NCBI GenBank assembly: GCA_030448005.1
Contig: JAUJNT010000005.1
Span: 23,710 to 87,709, forward strand
From: Thermoleophilaceae bacterium
GTDB lineage: Bacteria; Actinomycetota; Thermoleophilia; Solirubrobacterales; Thermoleophilaceae
Direction of reading: 5' to 3'
DNA: 64,000 bases
The notes under the pieces are model-generated. The model had not been told where the DNA came from. It made no database searches and worked only from the letters and a program-made list of their open reading frames with translations. Each line of letters begins with the position of its first letter. Within the stretch, counting starts at the first letter, position 1. Positions 27,928 to 35,478 of the stretch are shown here, in pieces. The position numbers were made by a program, and so were the translations under genes.

Positions 27928-29885
27928 GCGACCACCTCGGCGGCAAGAGGGCGTCGGCAGGTCTGGCAGAAGTCCGGGCCTTCGGCTCGAGGGGAGCGGG
28001 CAGGCACTCGGCAGGTGCAGTGGTCAAGGTCGCCACCAGCCCCTATCCCTTTGGCGGTGGCGGCCTTGGCGGCCTTGGCGGTGTTGTTGGCGGAGTTAAA
28101 AGGCTCTACAGAGGGAAGACCGACAAGACCGCCAACCGCAGAGCTAGAGGAGGGGGAGGCGGGCTTGAGTTCCCACTGCCGACCGCTCGAGGTCTTAGAT
28201 GCCTTGGCTCCGACCCGCGACTTGGCACGCTCCACTGTCCGCCACGAGAGGCCGGCGTCAGCCGCCGCGGTCTTCAACCTGGGCGTCGGGATCGGCCCGT
28301 CTGCAAGCTCGGCCCGTAGGAAGTCGGCTGCCTCATCTCGGGCGGTGCGCTCCTCGGAGTTCGCCGGCTGCTCGAGTAGGTCGCGGGCGGTCTGCTGGGT
28401 TTCATCGAGCAGGATCACCCGGCTGGTCGCGAGGGTCTGGCCGTCGTCGCTCAGGACTCGGCGCGGCTCGATGCGGGCGCGGAGGGATGGGGCGAGCGGA
28501 CCGACGTTGCACTTGGCGTGGGCGAGCACCCTGTAGGGGCCGCTCTCGCCCTCTGGGTCCTCTGGGTCGCGGGCGAACGCGAGCACGCTGCGGGCCGATG
28601 CGGTGAACCCAACCGACCCGCTGACCCGTGAGAGAACATCGGTTGTGTCTCCCTTGTTGAGGTGCATGACGCCGAGCACCGCGATGTTGTGGTCACTCGC
28701 CAGCCGTGCGAGTGGCGCGAGAACGCGCCGCACGTCCTGGTCGCGGTGGGCGTTCACGTCGCCGCCGAGGTAGCCCACCAGTGGGTCGAGCACTAGCCAT
28801 CGGGCATCAGCTTTGACAACGGCGTCGGCGAGCTTGGGGAGGTCTTCGGGCAGGGTGAGCATTCCGGGGACCCGTTCGCCCTCGAGCCGGTCCACAACCT
28901 CGAGGATGGACACACGCTCAAGGTCGGCCCCCGCGGCCATTAGGCGCGGCAGGAGGGTGGTGTGCGGCGAGTCCTCCCCGCTGGCGATAACGACGCGCGC
29001 GTGTGTGCCCTCGAGGTCGCCGGCAAGCTCGCCGCGGGTCGCCTGGGCGAGCAGCTCAATCGTCAGGCTCGACTTGCCGAGCCCCTCCTTGCCGGCGAGG
29101 ATCGTGACCAATCCTTGTGGCACCCGATCCTTGAACACCCAGCTTGGTGAACACGGCTCGATCGAGGACGCCGCCCGCAGCACAACCTCTCGCCCGCCAT
29201 CCGCCTGCGAGGCAACCGGGGCGGTTTCAGGTGCGGCACCGTTCACTGAGAGGGCAGCCTTGGCTCGGTGCAGCGCTTCGAGCGGCTTCGCCTCGGCGAT
29301 CAGCGCCTCGAGCGCTGCAGCGGGCGCATCGGCAGCGCGCGCCGGGTCGCTTGCTGCGACAACGAGTACGTCGGCAAGATCCTGGCCGTCCGGTATCGGC
29401 AGGATCAGCGGCCGGATGCCGGCGGCCTCGAGCGCCTCGGAGAACTTGGCGGCGGCCTTGCGTCCAGGCTCGTCGCCATCCATCGCCAGCAGCGCTGCCA
29501 TCGTGCCGGTGTCGGCCAGCGCGGCGGCCAGCCTCGCGGGCGGGTAGCCCGTGCCGGGTACGGCGGCTATCCCATAGGCGCGCAGTGCGGCTATCTCCGC
29601 GGTCGCCGGCAGGTGTGTCGCTGCGGCGACCGCGTCGGGCTCCCCTTCGCAGACGAGCACCGTCGGGTCATTCTGCGGCTCGACAACCCACCAGAGCGCG
29701 AGCGGCGAGCCGGCGGGTTGAAGCGTTCGGCTCCCCTCGAGCGGCCGGCGGCGGCCCCCGGGGTAGGTCAGCGTGCCCGGCGGCTGTTCGCTCACGCCGA
29801 GGGCCGCCGCTATCTCCGGGTCGATCGCGTGGCTGGCGAAGTAGTCGAGCGCCGCGGTAGAGAACTTGGTCTGCGTCGCGCTCAC
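27924..29885 (-). CDS. Replication protein: Toprim domain + RepA/AAA_25-like ATPase + C-terminal Cys4-type zinc ribbon
   Basis: VLVCEGEPDAVAAA and LLAMDGDEPGRKAA (Toprim). Walker A LAGKEGLGKSSL, Walker B-like WLVLDPL. Tail HCTC...CQTC. GTG 29885 chosen; ATG 30002 would add an Arg-rich junk-like leader. Confidence 0.8.
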   Translation of the reverse strand: MSATQTKFSTAALDYFASHAIDPEIAAALGVSEQPPGTLTYPGGRRRPLEGSRTLQPAGSPLALWWVVEPQNDPTVLVCEGEPDAVAAATHLPATAEIAALRAYGIAAVPGTGYPPARLAAALADTGTMAALLAMDGDEPGRKAAAKFSEALEAAGIRPLILPIPDGQDLADVLVVAASDPARAADAPAAALEALIAEAKPLEALHRAKAALSVNGAAPETAPVASQADGGREVVLRAASSIEPCSPSWVFKDRVPQGLVTILAGKEGLGKSSLTIELLAQATRGELAGDLEGTHARVVIASGEDSPHTTLLPRLMAAGADLERVSILEVVDRLEGERVPGMLTLPEDLPKLADAVVKADARWLVLDPLVGYLGGDVNAHRDQDVRRVLAPLARLASDHNIAVLGVMHLNKGDTTDVLSRVSGSVGFTASARSVLAFARDPEDPEGESGPYRVLAHAKCNVGPLAPSLRARIEPRRVLSDDGQTLATSRVILLDETQQTARDLLEQPANSEERTARDEAADFLRAELADGPIPTPRLKTAAADAGLSWRTVERAKSRVGAKASKTSSGRQWELKPASPSSSSAVGGLVGLPSVEPFNSANNTAKAAKAATAKGIGAGGDLDHCTCRVPARSPRAEGPDFCQTCRRPLAAEVVA

Positions 29886-30023
29886 GTCGTGGCCCCCTTG
29901 GCGCGCTCGCGCAGGAAGATGGCCAGCTCGCGCAGGGCCGCACGGCGGCCGGCGAGAGGCTTGGCAGCGAGCACGTCGAGCTGGTCGGCAAGCTCGAGCC
30001 ACGGGTCGCGTCGTGGTGGCGGG

Positions 30024-30290
30024 CTAGGATTCGTCACGTCGCCCCGTCCCGGGCGAAGTTGTGACGAGGCCCGGAGTGGTGTCCGGGTCTCTGTCGTCTA
30101 TGGAGCGATCTAGGAAGGCCTCCACGTCCGCCGGCCGAAACCGTGCGAGCCGGCCGATGTGAAGGACAGGGAGCTCGCCGCGGGTGACGAGTCGTGCCAC
30201 CGTGCGAGGGGACACCCCGAGCAGCTCGGCGACTTGTTCGCTTGTCAGGACTAGCCGATCCCGACCGTAGACTGCCTGGGCGTGCCTCAT
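30024..30290 (-). CDS. HTH_17 / excisionase- or AlpA-like DNA-binding protein
   Basis: LTSEQVAELLGVSPRTVARLVTRGELPVLHIGRLARFRPADVEAFL. First gene of the leftward replication operon. Confidence 0.75.
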   Translation of the reverse strand: MRHAQAVYGRDRLVLTSEQVAELLGVSPRTVARLVTRGELPVLHIGRLARFRPADVEAFLDRSIDDRDPDTTPGLVTTSPGTGRRDES

Positions 30291-30521
30291 GCAGCCAGTG
30301 TGGTCAGACAGGCCCCGCCCGACAACGAGCGGTTTGACCCTAAAACGCTCACCCACCTAGTCGCCGCTGCGGCCGAGCAGGGCCGCCCGGCGTGGAGTTT
30401 GCCGGCCCCGGTGCGGCGACTTCCGGACGGGTTGTTGGTTCCCCAACTGGATCGGGTTGTGGCTCGCCTGGGCAATGGCCCGCTCGTGTTGACTTCGCCC
30501 GACAAGGTGACTCCGGCGCCT

Positions 30522-30923
30522 ATGAGGCAGAAGCCAAAAGACGAAACCGTTCTCGCGCTCGGCACCAACTGGGAGCCAGCGATCAAGCTCGCGTGGGACG
30601 CCGCCGTCAAAAAGTCACATGTACGAACCGAGCTCTGCGGCCTCTACGCAGCGGCGGCCTATGACCTGGCCGGCGTCACCATCGAAGAGCTAACAGAGGA
30701 TCTCTCTTACGCCAGTCGCACGATCCAGGACGTGGTAAGCCGTGGTCGCACGCTCTGGGCCGGATTAGCCGCTTGGCCGTGGTGGTACTTCGCCCGCTTC
30801 GGTGGCCAAGACCCTCCCGGACGGCCGTTTCGCGGCTGGCGCACCGACGAGCGCATGCACCTCACCTTCGCGGCTTGGGAATCGGGGATTGTGCCGAACT
30901 ACGCAGCGACCCGCCGCCCGTGA
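30522..30923 (+). CDS. Hypothetical HTH-containing regulator, divergent from the leftward operon (start uncertain; ORF open from 30282)
   Basis: GVTIEELTEDLSYASRTIQDVVSRGRTLW looks like an HTH. One of only two plus-strand genes in the element. A start at 30282 would overlap the divergent gene. Confidence 0.4.
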   Translation: MRQKPKDETVLALGTNWEPAIKLAWDAAVKKSHVRTELCGLYAAAAYDLAGVTIEELTEDLSYASRTIQDVVSRGRTLWAGLAAWPWWYFARFGGQDPPGRPFRGWRTDERMHLTFAAWESGIVPNYAATRRP

Positions 30924-30934
30924 GCGGCGCGCGG

Positions 30935-30952
30935 GGTGTCGCATGCGACAGT
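30935..30952. promoter_or_regulatory. 18-nt motif GGTGTCGCATGCGACAGT (copy 2 of 2)
   Basis: Identical to 24776..24793. Lies 12 nt after the stop of the plus-strand regulator. Confidence 0.6.
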
Positions 30953-30999
30953 TCAGTCATACCGTCGCAGCGCGCGGCCCCGCTGACCGGGCTTGAGGC

Positions 31000-31191
31000 T
31001 TATGCCGCCGCCCGCCATGCGGCCGCCGTGTCCTCGAGCGCCTCGAGCCACTCCCGCTTTTCGTCCGGCGGGAGCGCCGCGAGGGCCGCGGTCCATGCGG
31101 CAGCGAAGTCCACGCCAGCTTGCCGTTGCTGCTCAAGCTGGTGGCGCACCTTCACAGTCGAACGCACGGCCGGAATGTTGCCCGGGTTCAC
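31000..31191 (-). CDS. Hypothetical small helical protein (possible third gene after the TA pair)
   Basis: In-frame GTG 31191 within ORF 31000..31299. Tail VDFAAAWTAALAALPPDEKREWLEALEDTAAAWRAAA. Weak. Confidence 0.25.
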   Translation of the reverse strand: MNPGNIPAVRSTVKVRHQLEQQRQAGVDFAAAWTAALAALPPDEKREWLEALEDTAAAWRAAA

Positions 31192-31208
31192 GGACAGGTT
31201 CGACCTGC

Positions 31209-31508
31209 CTAGTCGGCCTCGAGGGGTTTCAACTGAACCCACCCCAACTCGCACCTTCGCTCCGGTTCGTGGATTCGGAAGAAGACTCGTATCTCCCACC
31301 CGTCGAGACGATCGATCGTGCGGACGATTCGCTGCCGCTCATCCACCGATGGATACGAGACGCCCAGCGGGTTCCTGGCGAGCGCTTTTTCGATAGCGGC
31401 CATATGAGCCTCAGGCCGCGTGAGCGCCTCCTGCGCCTTCGCCCACGTCTTCTTGAACTCATCGCGCCGATCGAGCGTCCACAGCCGGCGCTCGTCCGGC
31501 ACCCACAC
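31209..31508 (-). CDS. Putative toxin partner of the Panacea-domain protein; RelE/ParE-like pattern (inferred)
   Basis: 99 aa, GTG start 6 nt after the PanA-like stop. Helical N-half, then GWEIRVFFRIHEPERRCELGWVQ beta-strand pattern as in ParE/RelE toxins. Confidence 0.5.
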   Translation of the reverse strand: MWVPDERRLWTLDRRDEFKKTWAKAQEALTRPEAHMAAIEKALARNPLGVSYPSVDERQRIVRTIDRLDGWEIRVFFRIHEPERRCELGWVQLKPLEAD

Positions 31509-31514
31509 GGGGGC

Positions 31515-32057
31515 TTACCAGCCGAGCTGCTGCCCGACCTCGCGCCCCATATCGATTGCGTCCCGCGGTGGCGGCTGCATCGAGATCAACGCTGTCTCGT
31601 ATGGGATCTCTTCCCCGAGTTCGGTCAGGTTCCAGCCGGCCGAAACCTGATGCGATATCTCGCTGATCGTGGTTGCATCGAAGCGTCGATACAGCTCGAG
31701 CACCTCGTCAACAATCTCGAGTTCCTCCGGAGTGAAGACGCCGAGGTCAGGAGGGCGCTGCGCCACCGTCACCTTCTGGGTGTAGATCATCCTCTCGCGA
31801 CGCTCGACGTTCACCGCGCCCTCATGCTGAAGGGCATCCTGTACAGGCAGGAGCCGCTTGGGGGCAGGGCCCTTCTCGAGGTTCTGATAGGCCGCACCCG
31901 TGATCGGCTCACCCAGAACCGCGTAGGCGTGGAAGTCGCAGAAGAACAGCAGCTTGTTTAGCTTGGTCGCACCGAAGGTCGGATCGCTGGCTGAGCGATC
32001 CGCGAGCAGAATCAACAGCTCCCGAAACTTGCCTTCGTCGTACCGAATCCCCTCCAT
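31515..32057 (-). CDS. Panacea / DUF4065 (SocA/GepA-like) domain protein, putative antitoxin
   Basis: ATG 32057 directly after GGGAGGAGCT. ATKLNKLLFFCDFHAYAVLGEPITGAAYQNLEKGPAP matches the KLQKLLYF...G.P....Y....GPV signature. The rest of ORF 31515..33446 is read-through across a tRNA. Confidence 0.8.
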   Translation of the reverse strand: MEGIRYDEGKFRELLILLADRSASDPTFGATKLNKLLFFCDFHAYAVLGEPITGAAYQNLEKGPAPKRLLPVQDALQHEGAVNVERRERMIYTQKVTVAQRPPDLGVFTPEELEIVDEVLELYRRFDATTISEISHQVSAGWNLTELGEEIPYETALISMQPPPRDAIDMGREVGQQLGW

Positions 32058-32193
32058 AGCTCCTCCCAGGGTACGCCGTCCGCAAAGAAGACCCTCCAAC
32101 CAGGAGCGTAGTCGTCGCCTCGGCCAGCGCCCTGACAAGCGCCCTTGAGTTCGGGCAGTTGCCCAATCGGTTGCCCTCAGGCGCAGCGGCGGA

Positions 32194-32225
32194 GGGGCTA
32201 AAGACCACGATTTCGCTCTAGCCCC
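32194..32225 (-). terminator. Hairpin GGGGCTA-N18-TAGCCCC immediately 3' of tRNA-Met, contributed by the element arm
   Basis: 7-bp perfect stem read directly, overlapping the att core by 2 nt. The large loop makes its function uncertain. Confidence 0.3.
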
Positions 32226-32227
32226 AG

Positions 32228-32300
32228 TAGCTCCGCCTGGATTTGAACCAGGGACCTCACCATTATGAGTGGTGCGCTCTAACCGCTGAGCTACGGAGCC
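32228..32300 (-). tRNA. tRNA-Met (anticodon CAU, elongator-type)
   Basis: GGCUCCG UA GCUC AGCGGUUA GAGC G CACCA CUCAUAA UGGUG AGGUC CCUGG UUCAAAU CCAGG CGGAGCU A. The anticodon stem lacks the initiator GGG/CCC. No CCA encoded. Confidence 0.9.
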
Positions 32301-32579
32301 GCAGGTCCCGAGGATATCTGGAGCTGGAGCGAGATCCGGCGCGCTTATGGCCGGTGGGGCCGCTCCCTTTCCGGGGGCCCCCGCCAGGTCGCACTCGGTT
32401 CTGGGTCGGCACGCCGGAGATGCCGCCACCGCGGCTCGCGACTTTGCAGATCCTGCGGTTTCATCGCGAGCCGCAGGGCGGTAGGTCCCCCGGGACCACA
32501 TTGCACGGGCATGCCCGTTATGTGACACGATGCGCGGTGGGCCGGGTGAGCCGGCGTTCCCCCGAGCGAAGGAATCGAG

Positions 32580-32777
32580 ATGGAGTCTCGCGAAGAGCGC
32601 CCGCCGCACGATCCGAACGACCCGCGCGGCGGCGGTGGAACCGGTGGAGGTCCGGGTCCCGACGCACAAAGCAAGCATAAGGAGTGGGCAGAGTCTAAGA
32701 AGGCCGAACGGGGAGGCGAGCCCGCGGAGCCTGAGCCCGAGTCGGGCGCATCCGCGGGGGACTCCGCCGCTAGCTGA
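32580..32777 (+). CDS. Hypothetical Gly/Glu/Pro-rich disordered small protein
   Basis: ATG 32580 lies 7 nt after AAGGA. 65 aa, hydrophilic. Converges on the open-ended paralog b. Confidence 0.3.
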   Translation: MESREERPPHDPNDPRGGGGTGGGPGPDAQSKHKEWAESKKAERGGEPAEPEPESGASAGDSAAS

Positions 32778-32861
32778 GCCCGGGCGCTCGCCCGATCGGC
32801 CTGAGCCGGGCCCCGCTACCCGTCGCCCTCCGTCTCCTCGGGTCCGCCGCGGATCCGGATC

Positions 32862-33113
32862 GGAGAGCACGGTGAACGCCAGAATGTCCCCGCAGGCGAT
32901 TTGGTGTCCCTCCGCAAGCACCACCGTGCCTAGTGGGCCCACGACGGTGGTGGGCTGGTCGAGGTGGCCGACCACGTCATCGGATCCGCTGAGCTCGAAG
33001 CGGATCGGGAGGTGGCCCAGCCCTTCCCGGCGGACCTGGGACAGGGCCGTCAGGTACCAGGAGGCGCCGGCGTCCTCGGGGCGCTGGATGCGCTCGTCCT
33101 TGCGCAAGGTCAC
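32862..33113 (-). pseudogene. Paralog b of a small conserved unknown protein; no in-frame stop (3' end undefined)
   Basis: From GTG 33113: VTLRKDERIQRPEDAGASWYLTALSQVRREGLGHLPIRFELSGSDDVVGHLDQPTTVVGPLGTVVLAEGHQIACGDILAFTVLS aligns with 33239..33499. The frame then stays open for ~1.3 kb through the tRNA. Confidence 0.35.
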
Positions 33114-33238
33114 CTGCCGAGCCCCGCGGCCACTTCGAACGCGCCGGTCGCCCGGAAGCGCTCGTGTCGGCGCGCCACGATGTGTACGTTCTCCCGGAAC
33201 ATGCTCCGTACCGCCGTGGCGGGTGTACCGGCCTCGAC

Positions 33239-33499
33239 CTAGTCCTCGACGATCACGGTGAACGCCTGGACGTCGTCGCAGGAGATCTTCTCGCCGTCCG
33301 CGAGTGCGATGGTGCCGCGCGTGCCCAACACGGTCGAGACGCGGTCGAGGTGGCCGAAGACGTCCCCTTGCCCGGCCGTCTCGATATGGATGGCGATGTC
33401 GCCCATCTGCTCGCGCCGGAGCTTGGTGAGAGCCGGCACGCACCACGCGGGACCGCCACCGGGCGGGCGCTCCACGCGCTCTCCCTCCTCGAAGTTCAC
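33239..33499 (-). CDS. Paralog a of a small conserved unknown protein (86 aa)
   Basis: From GTG 33499: VNFEEGERVERPPGGGPAWCVPALTKLRREQMGDIAIHIETAGQGDVFGHLDRVSTVLGTRGTIALADGEKISCDDVQAFTVIVED. No SD; family not recognised. Confidence 0.4.
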   Translation of the reverse strand: MNFEEGERVERPPGGGPAWCVPALTKLRREQMGDIAIHIETAGQGDVFGHLDRVSTVLGTRGTIALADGEKISCDDVQAFTVIVED

Positions 33500-33592
33500 G
33501 GGAGGAGCGTACCCATGCCGGGGTCGGGATGATGGCCTCCTCGTCGCGCGGTCCGGTTCGGTGATACTTCCTCCGATGGCGAGTGCCGCCCC

Positions 33593-34477
33593 ATGAGGTG
33601 CGACCCCCTGCTCGTGGCCGTCCCGAACATCAGCGAGGGGCGCGACGCGAGCACGATCGAGCGGGTCGAGAAAGGGTTCTCTCCGGCGCGCTTCCTCGAC
33701 CTCCATGCCGACCCGGACCACGGGCGCTCGGTGCTCACGCTGGCGGCCCACCAGGGCGAGCTCTCCGACGGCCTGGTGTCCGGCGCGGCAACGGTGCTCG
33801 AGGCGATCGACCTCACCCGGCACGAGGGGTTGCACCCGTTCGTGGGCGCCCTCGATGTGATGCCGGTCGTCTACCTGGACGAGGCACAGCGCGGCCCGGC
33901 GTGCGCTGAGGCGCTCACAGCCGCCGCGCGTATCGGCGCAGAGCTCGGCGTGCCGGTGTTCCTGTACGGAGAGCTAGCCGCGAGGCCCGAGCACCGCGAG
34001 CGCGCGGGGCTGCGCCAGGGCGGCTGGCGCCGGTTGGCACAGCGTGTCGAGAGCGGCGAGCTGCAGCCGGACTTCGGACCGCCGCGCGCTCACCCGACGG
34101 CGGGGGCCGTGCTGGCCACGGCGCGCCCCCCGCTCGTGGCCTTCAACGTCGACCTCGTGTCCTCCAACCCCGAGCTTGCGCGAGCGATTGCCGCGGAGCT
34201 GCGGGAGGCGGGCGGAGGTCTTCCCGGGGTGCGCGCTATCGGCCTCTTCCTCGAGGAGCGCGGTCGGGCGCAGGTGTCCACGAACGTGCACGACCCCGGG
34301 TCCACTCCGCTGCGGATGGTGGTCGAGGCCGTGCGCAGCCGCGCCGAGGTGGCCGAGGCAGAGCTCGTGGGCCTGGCGCCGGCCGCGGCCCTGGAGCGGT
34401 TTCCCGAAGACGTGCCGCTGCGTGGCTTCTTCCCGGAGCGGCACTTGCTCGAGAACGCGTTACGCTCGCTCGGCTGA
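33593..34477 (+). CDS. Glutamate formimidoyltransferase (FtcD N-terminal domain family)
   Basis: LVAVPNISEGRDASTIERV at the N-terminus; FVGALDVMPVVYL; 294 aa. Confidence 0.85.
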   Translation: MRCDPLLVAVPNISEGRDASTIERVEKGFSPARFLDLHADPDHGRSVLTLAAHQGELSDGLVSGAATVLEAIDLTRHEGLHPFVGALDVMPVVYLDEAQRGPACAEALTAAARIGAELGVPVFLYGELAARPEHRERAGLRQGGWRRLAQRVESGELQPDFGPPRAHPTAGAVLATARPPLVAFNVDLVSSNPELARAIAAELREAGGGLPGVRAIGLFLEERGRAQVSTNVHDPGSTPLRMVVEAVRSRAEVAEAELVGLAPAAALERFPEDVPLRGFFPERHLLENALRSLG

Positions 34478-34486
34478 GCTCCCGCC

Positions 34487-34828
34487 ATGGCCCAGACCAA
34501 GAAGAAACGCAAGCGCAAGCACCGGGGTACACCCGCCGGCACGGTCGAGCGGGCGGGGCGCACGAGCCGAGCCGGGACGCGCGAGGACGCCAAGGCGATC
34601 GCCAAGCAGCGGCGTGCAGAGCGGCTCAACCGGGCGCCGACCTGGCGGGGAGCCGCCAACCGCGCTGCGATCGCGGCGGCGGTCTTCGGCCTGCTCCTGG
34701 TGATCGTGTTCGGAAGGGACATCGCTCAAGGCCTGACGCTCGCGGTCTTCATGTTCCTGCTCTACATCCCGCTGGGATACGCCACGGACTCCGCGCTCTA
34801 CCGCTTCCGGCAGCGAAAGCGCGGGTAG
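34487..34828 (+). CDS. Hypothetical membrane protein with Lys/Arg-rich N-terminus
   Basis: MAQTKKKRKRKHRG, then two TM helices. 113 aa. Confidence 0.55.
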   Translation: MAQTKKKRKRKHRGTPAGTVERAGRTSRAGTREDAKAIAKQRRAERLNRAPTWRGAANRAAIAAAVFGLLLVIVFGRDIAQGLTLAVFMFLLYIPLGYATDSALYRFRQRKRG

Positions 34829-34839
34829 TCTGCGGACCG

Positions 34840-35478
34840 ATGGACGTCCGCATGTTCACGGTCGGCCCGGTCCAGGAGAACTGCTTCCTCGTCCGGCGGG
34901 AGGGCTCCGAGCGCGCCCTGATCATCGATCCTGGAGAGGAGGCGCCGAAGCTCCTCGCCGCCATCGCGGAGCTCGGCCTCACCCTCGACGCGATCCTGCT
35001 GACGCACACGCACTTCGACCACGTCGGGGCGGTGGCGCCGGTTGCGAGGGCAACGGGGGCGGAGGTGTGGGTGCCCGAGATTGAGAAGTTGGTGCTAGCC
35101 GACATCAACAAGTGGGTGCCCGGGGCGGCATTCGGCCCCTTCGAGAGCTGGGAGGCCGAGCACACCGTGGCGGGCGGGGAGAGGCTCGAGCTGGCCGGGT
35201 TCGAGATCGACGTGATCTTCACGCCGGGTCACAGCCCCGGCCACGTGAGCTTCTCGATCCCCGACGAGGAGGCGCTCTTCTCGGGCGACGTCCTCTTTCA
35301 GGGCTCGGTGGGGCGCACCGACCTTCCGGGCGGGGACTGGCCGACCCTGCTCGAGTCGATCCGCACCCTGCTCGAGACGCTGCCCGGCGACACCGCCGTG
35401 TACCCGGGCCACATGGGCCTCACCAACCTCGGAGACGAGCGCGCCTCCAATCCGTTCCTGGCCGAGCTCGCAAGGTAG
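34840..35478 (+). CDS. MBL-fold metallo-hydrolase (glyoxalase II-like)
   Basis: LLTHTHFDHVG (HxHxDH) motif and PGHSPGH. 212 aa. Confidence 0.85.
   Translation: MDVRMFTVGPVQENCFLVRREGSERALIIDPGEEAPKLLAAIAELGLTLDAILLTHTHFDHVGAVAPVARATGAEVWVPEIEKLVLADINKWVPGAAFGPFESWEAEHTVAGGERLELAGFEIDVIFTPGHSPGHVSFSIPDEEALFSGDVLFQGSVGRTDLPGGDWPTLLESIRTLLETLPGDTAVYPGHMGLTNLGDERASNPFLAELAR

Larger units (their letters stand above)
22379..32270. mobile_element. ~9.85-kb integrative element in tRNA-Met (integrase, HTH_17 x2, Toprim/RepA-like replicase, HNH, PanA-type TA). No virion or conjugation genes seen.
   Basis: Perfect 47-nt direct repeats 9,845 nt apart, one forming the 3' half of an intact tRNA. A tyrosine integrase lies 69 nt from the distal repeat. 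Confidence 0.8.

Noticed and set aside
30993-31961. 322-aa plus-strand ORF antisense to the PanA/toxin pair
   Set aside because: Pro/Arg-rich and low-complexity at the start, with no SD. It lies fully opposite two genes with strong SDs and recognisable domains.
22379-32270. Classification as an actinomycete integrative conjugative element (AICE)
   Set aside because: No FtsK/TraSA-like translocase, Spd, Nudix/Pif or RepSA-type genes were recognisable. The replicase is Toprim/RepA-like. Left as an unclassified integrative, satellite-like element.
31515-33446. 643-aa minus-strand ORF
   Set aside because: It runs straight through the tRNA-Met gene and non-coding-looking DNA. Only its last 180 codons (the Panacea protein from ATG 32057) and an internal paralog segment look coding.
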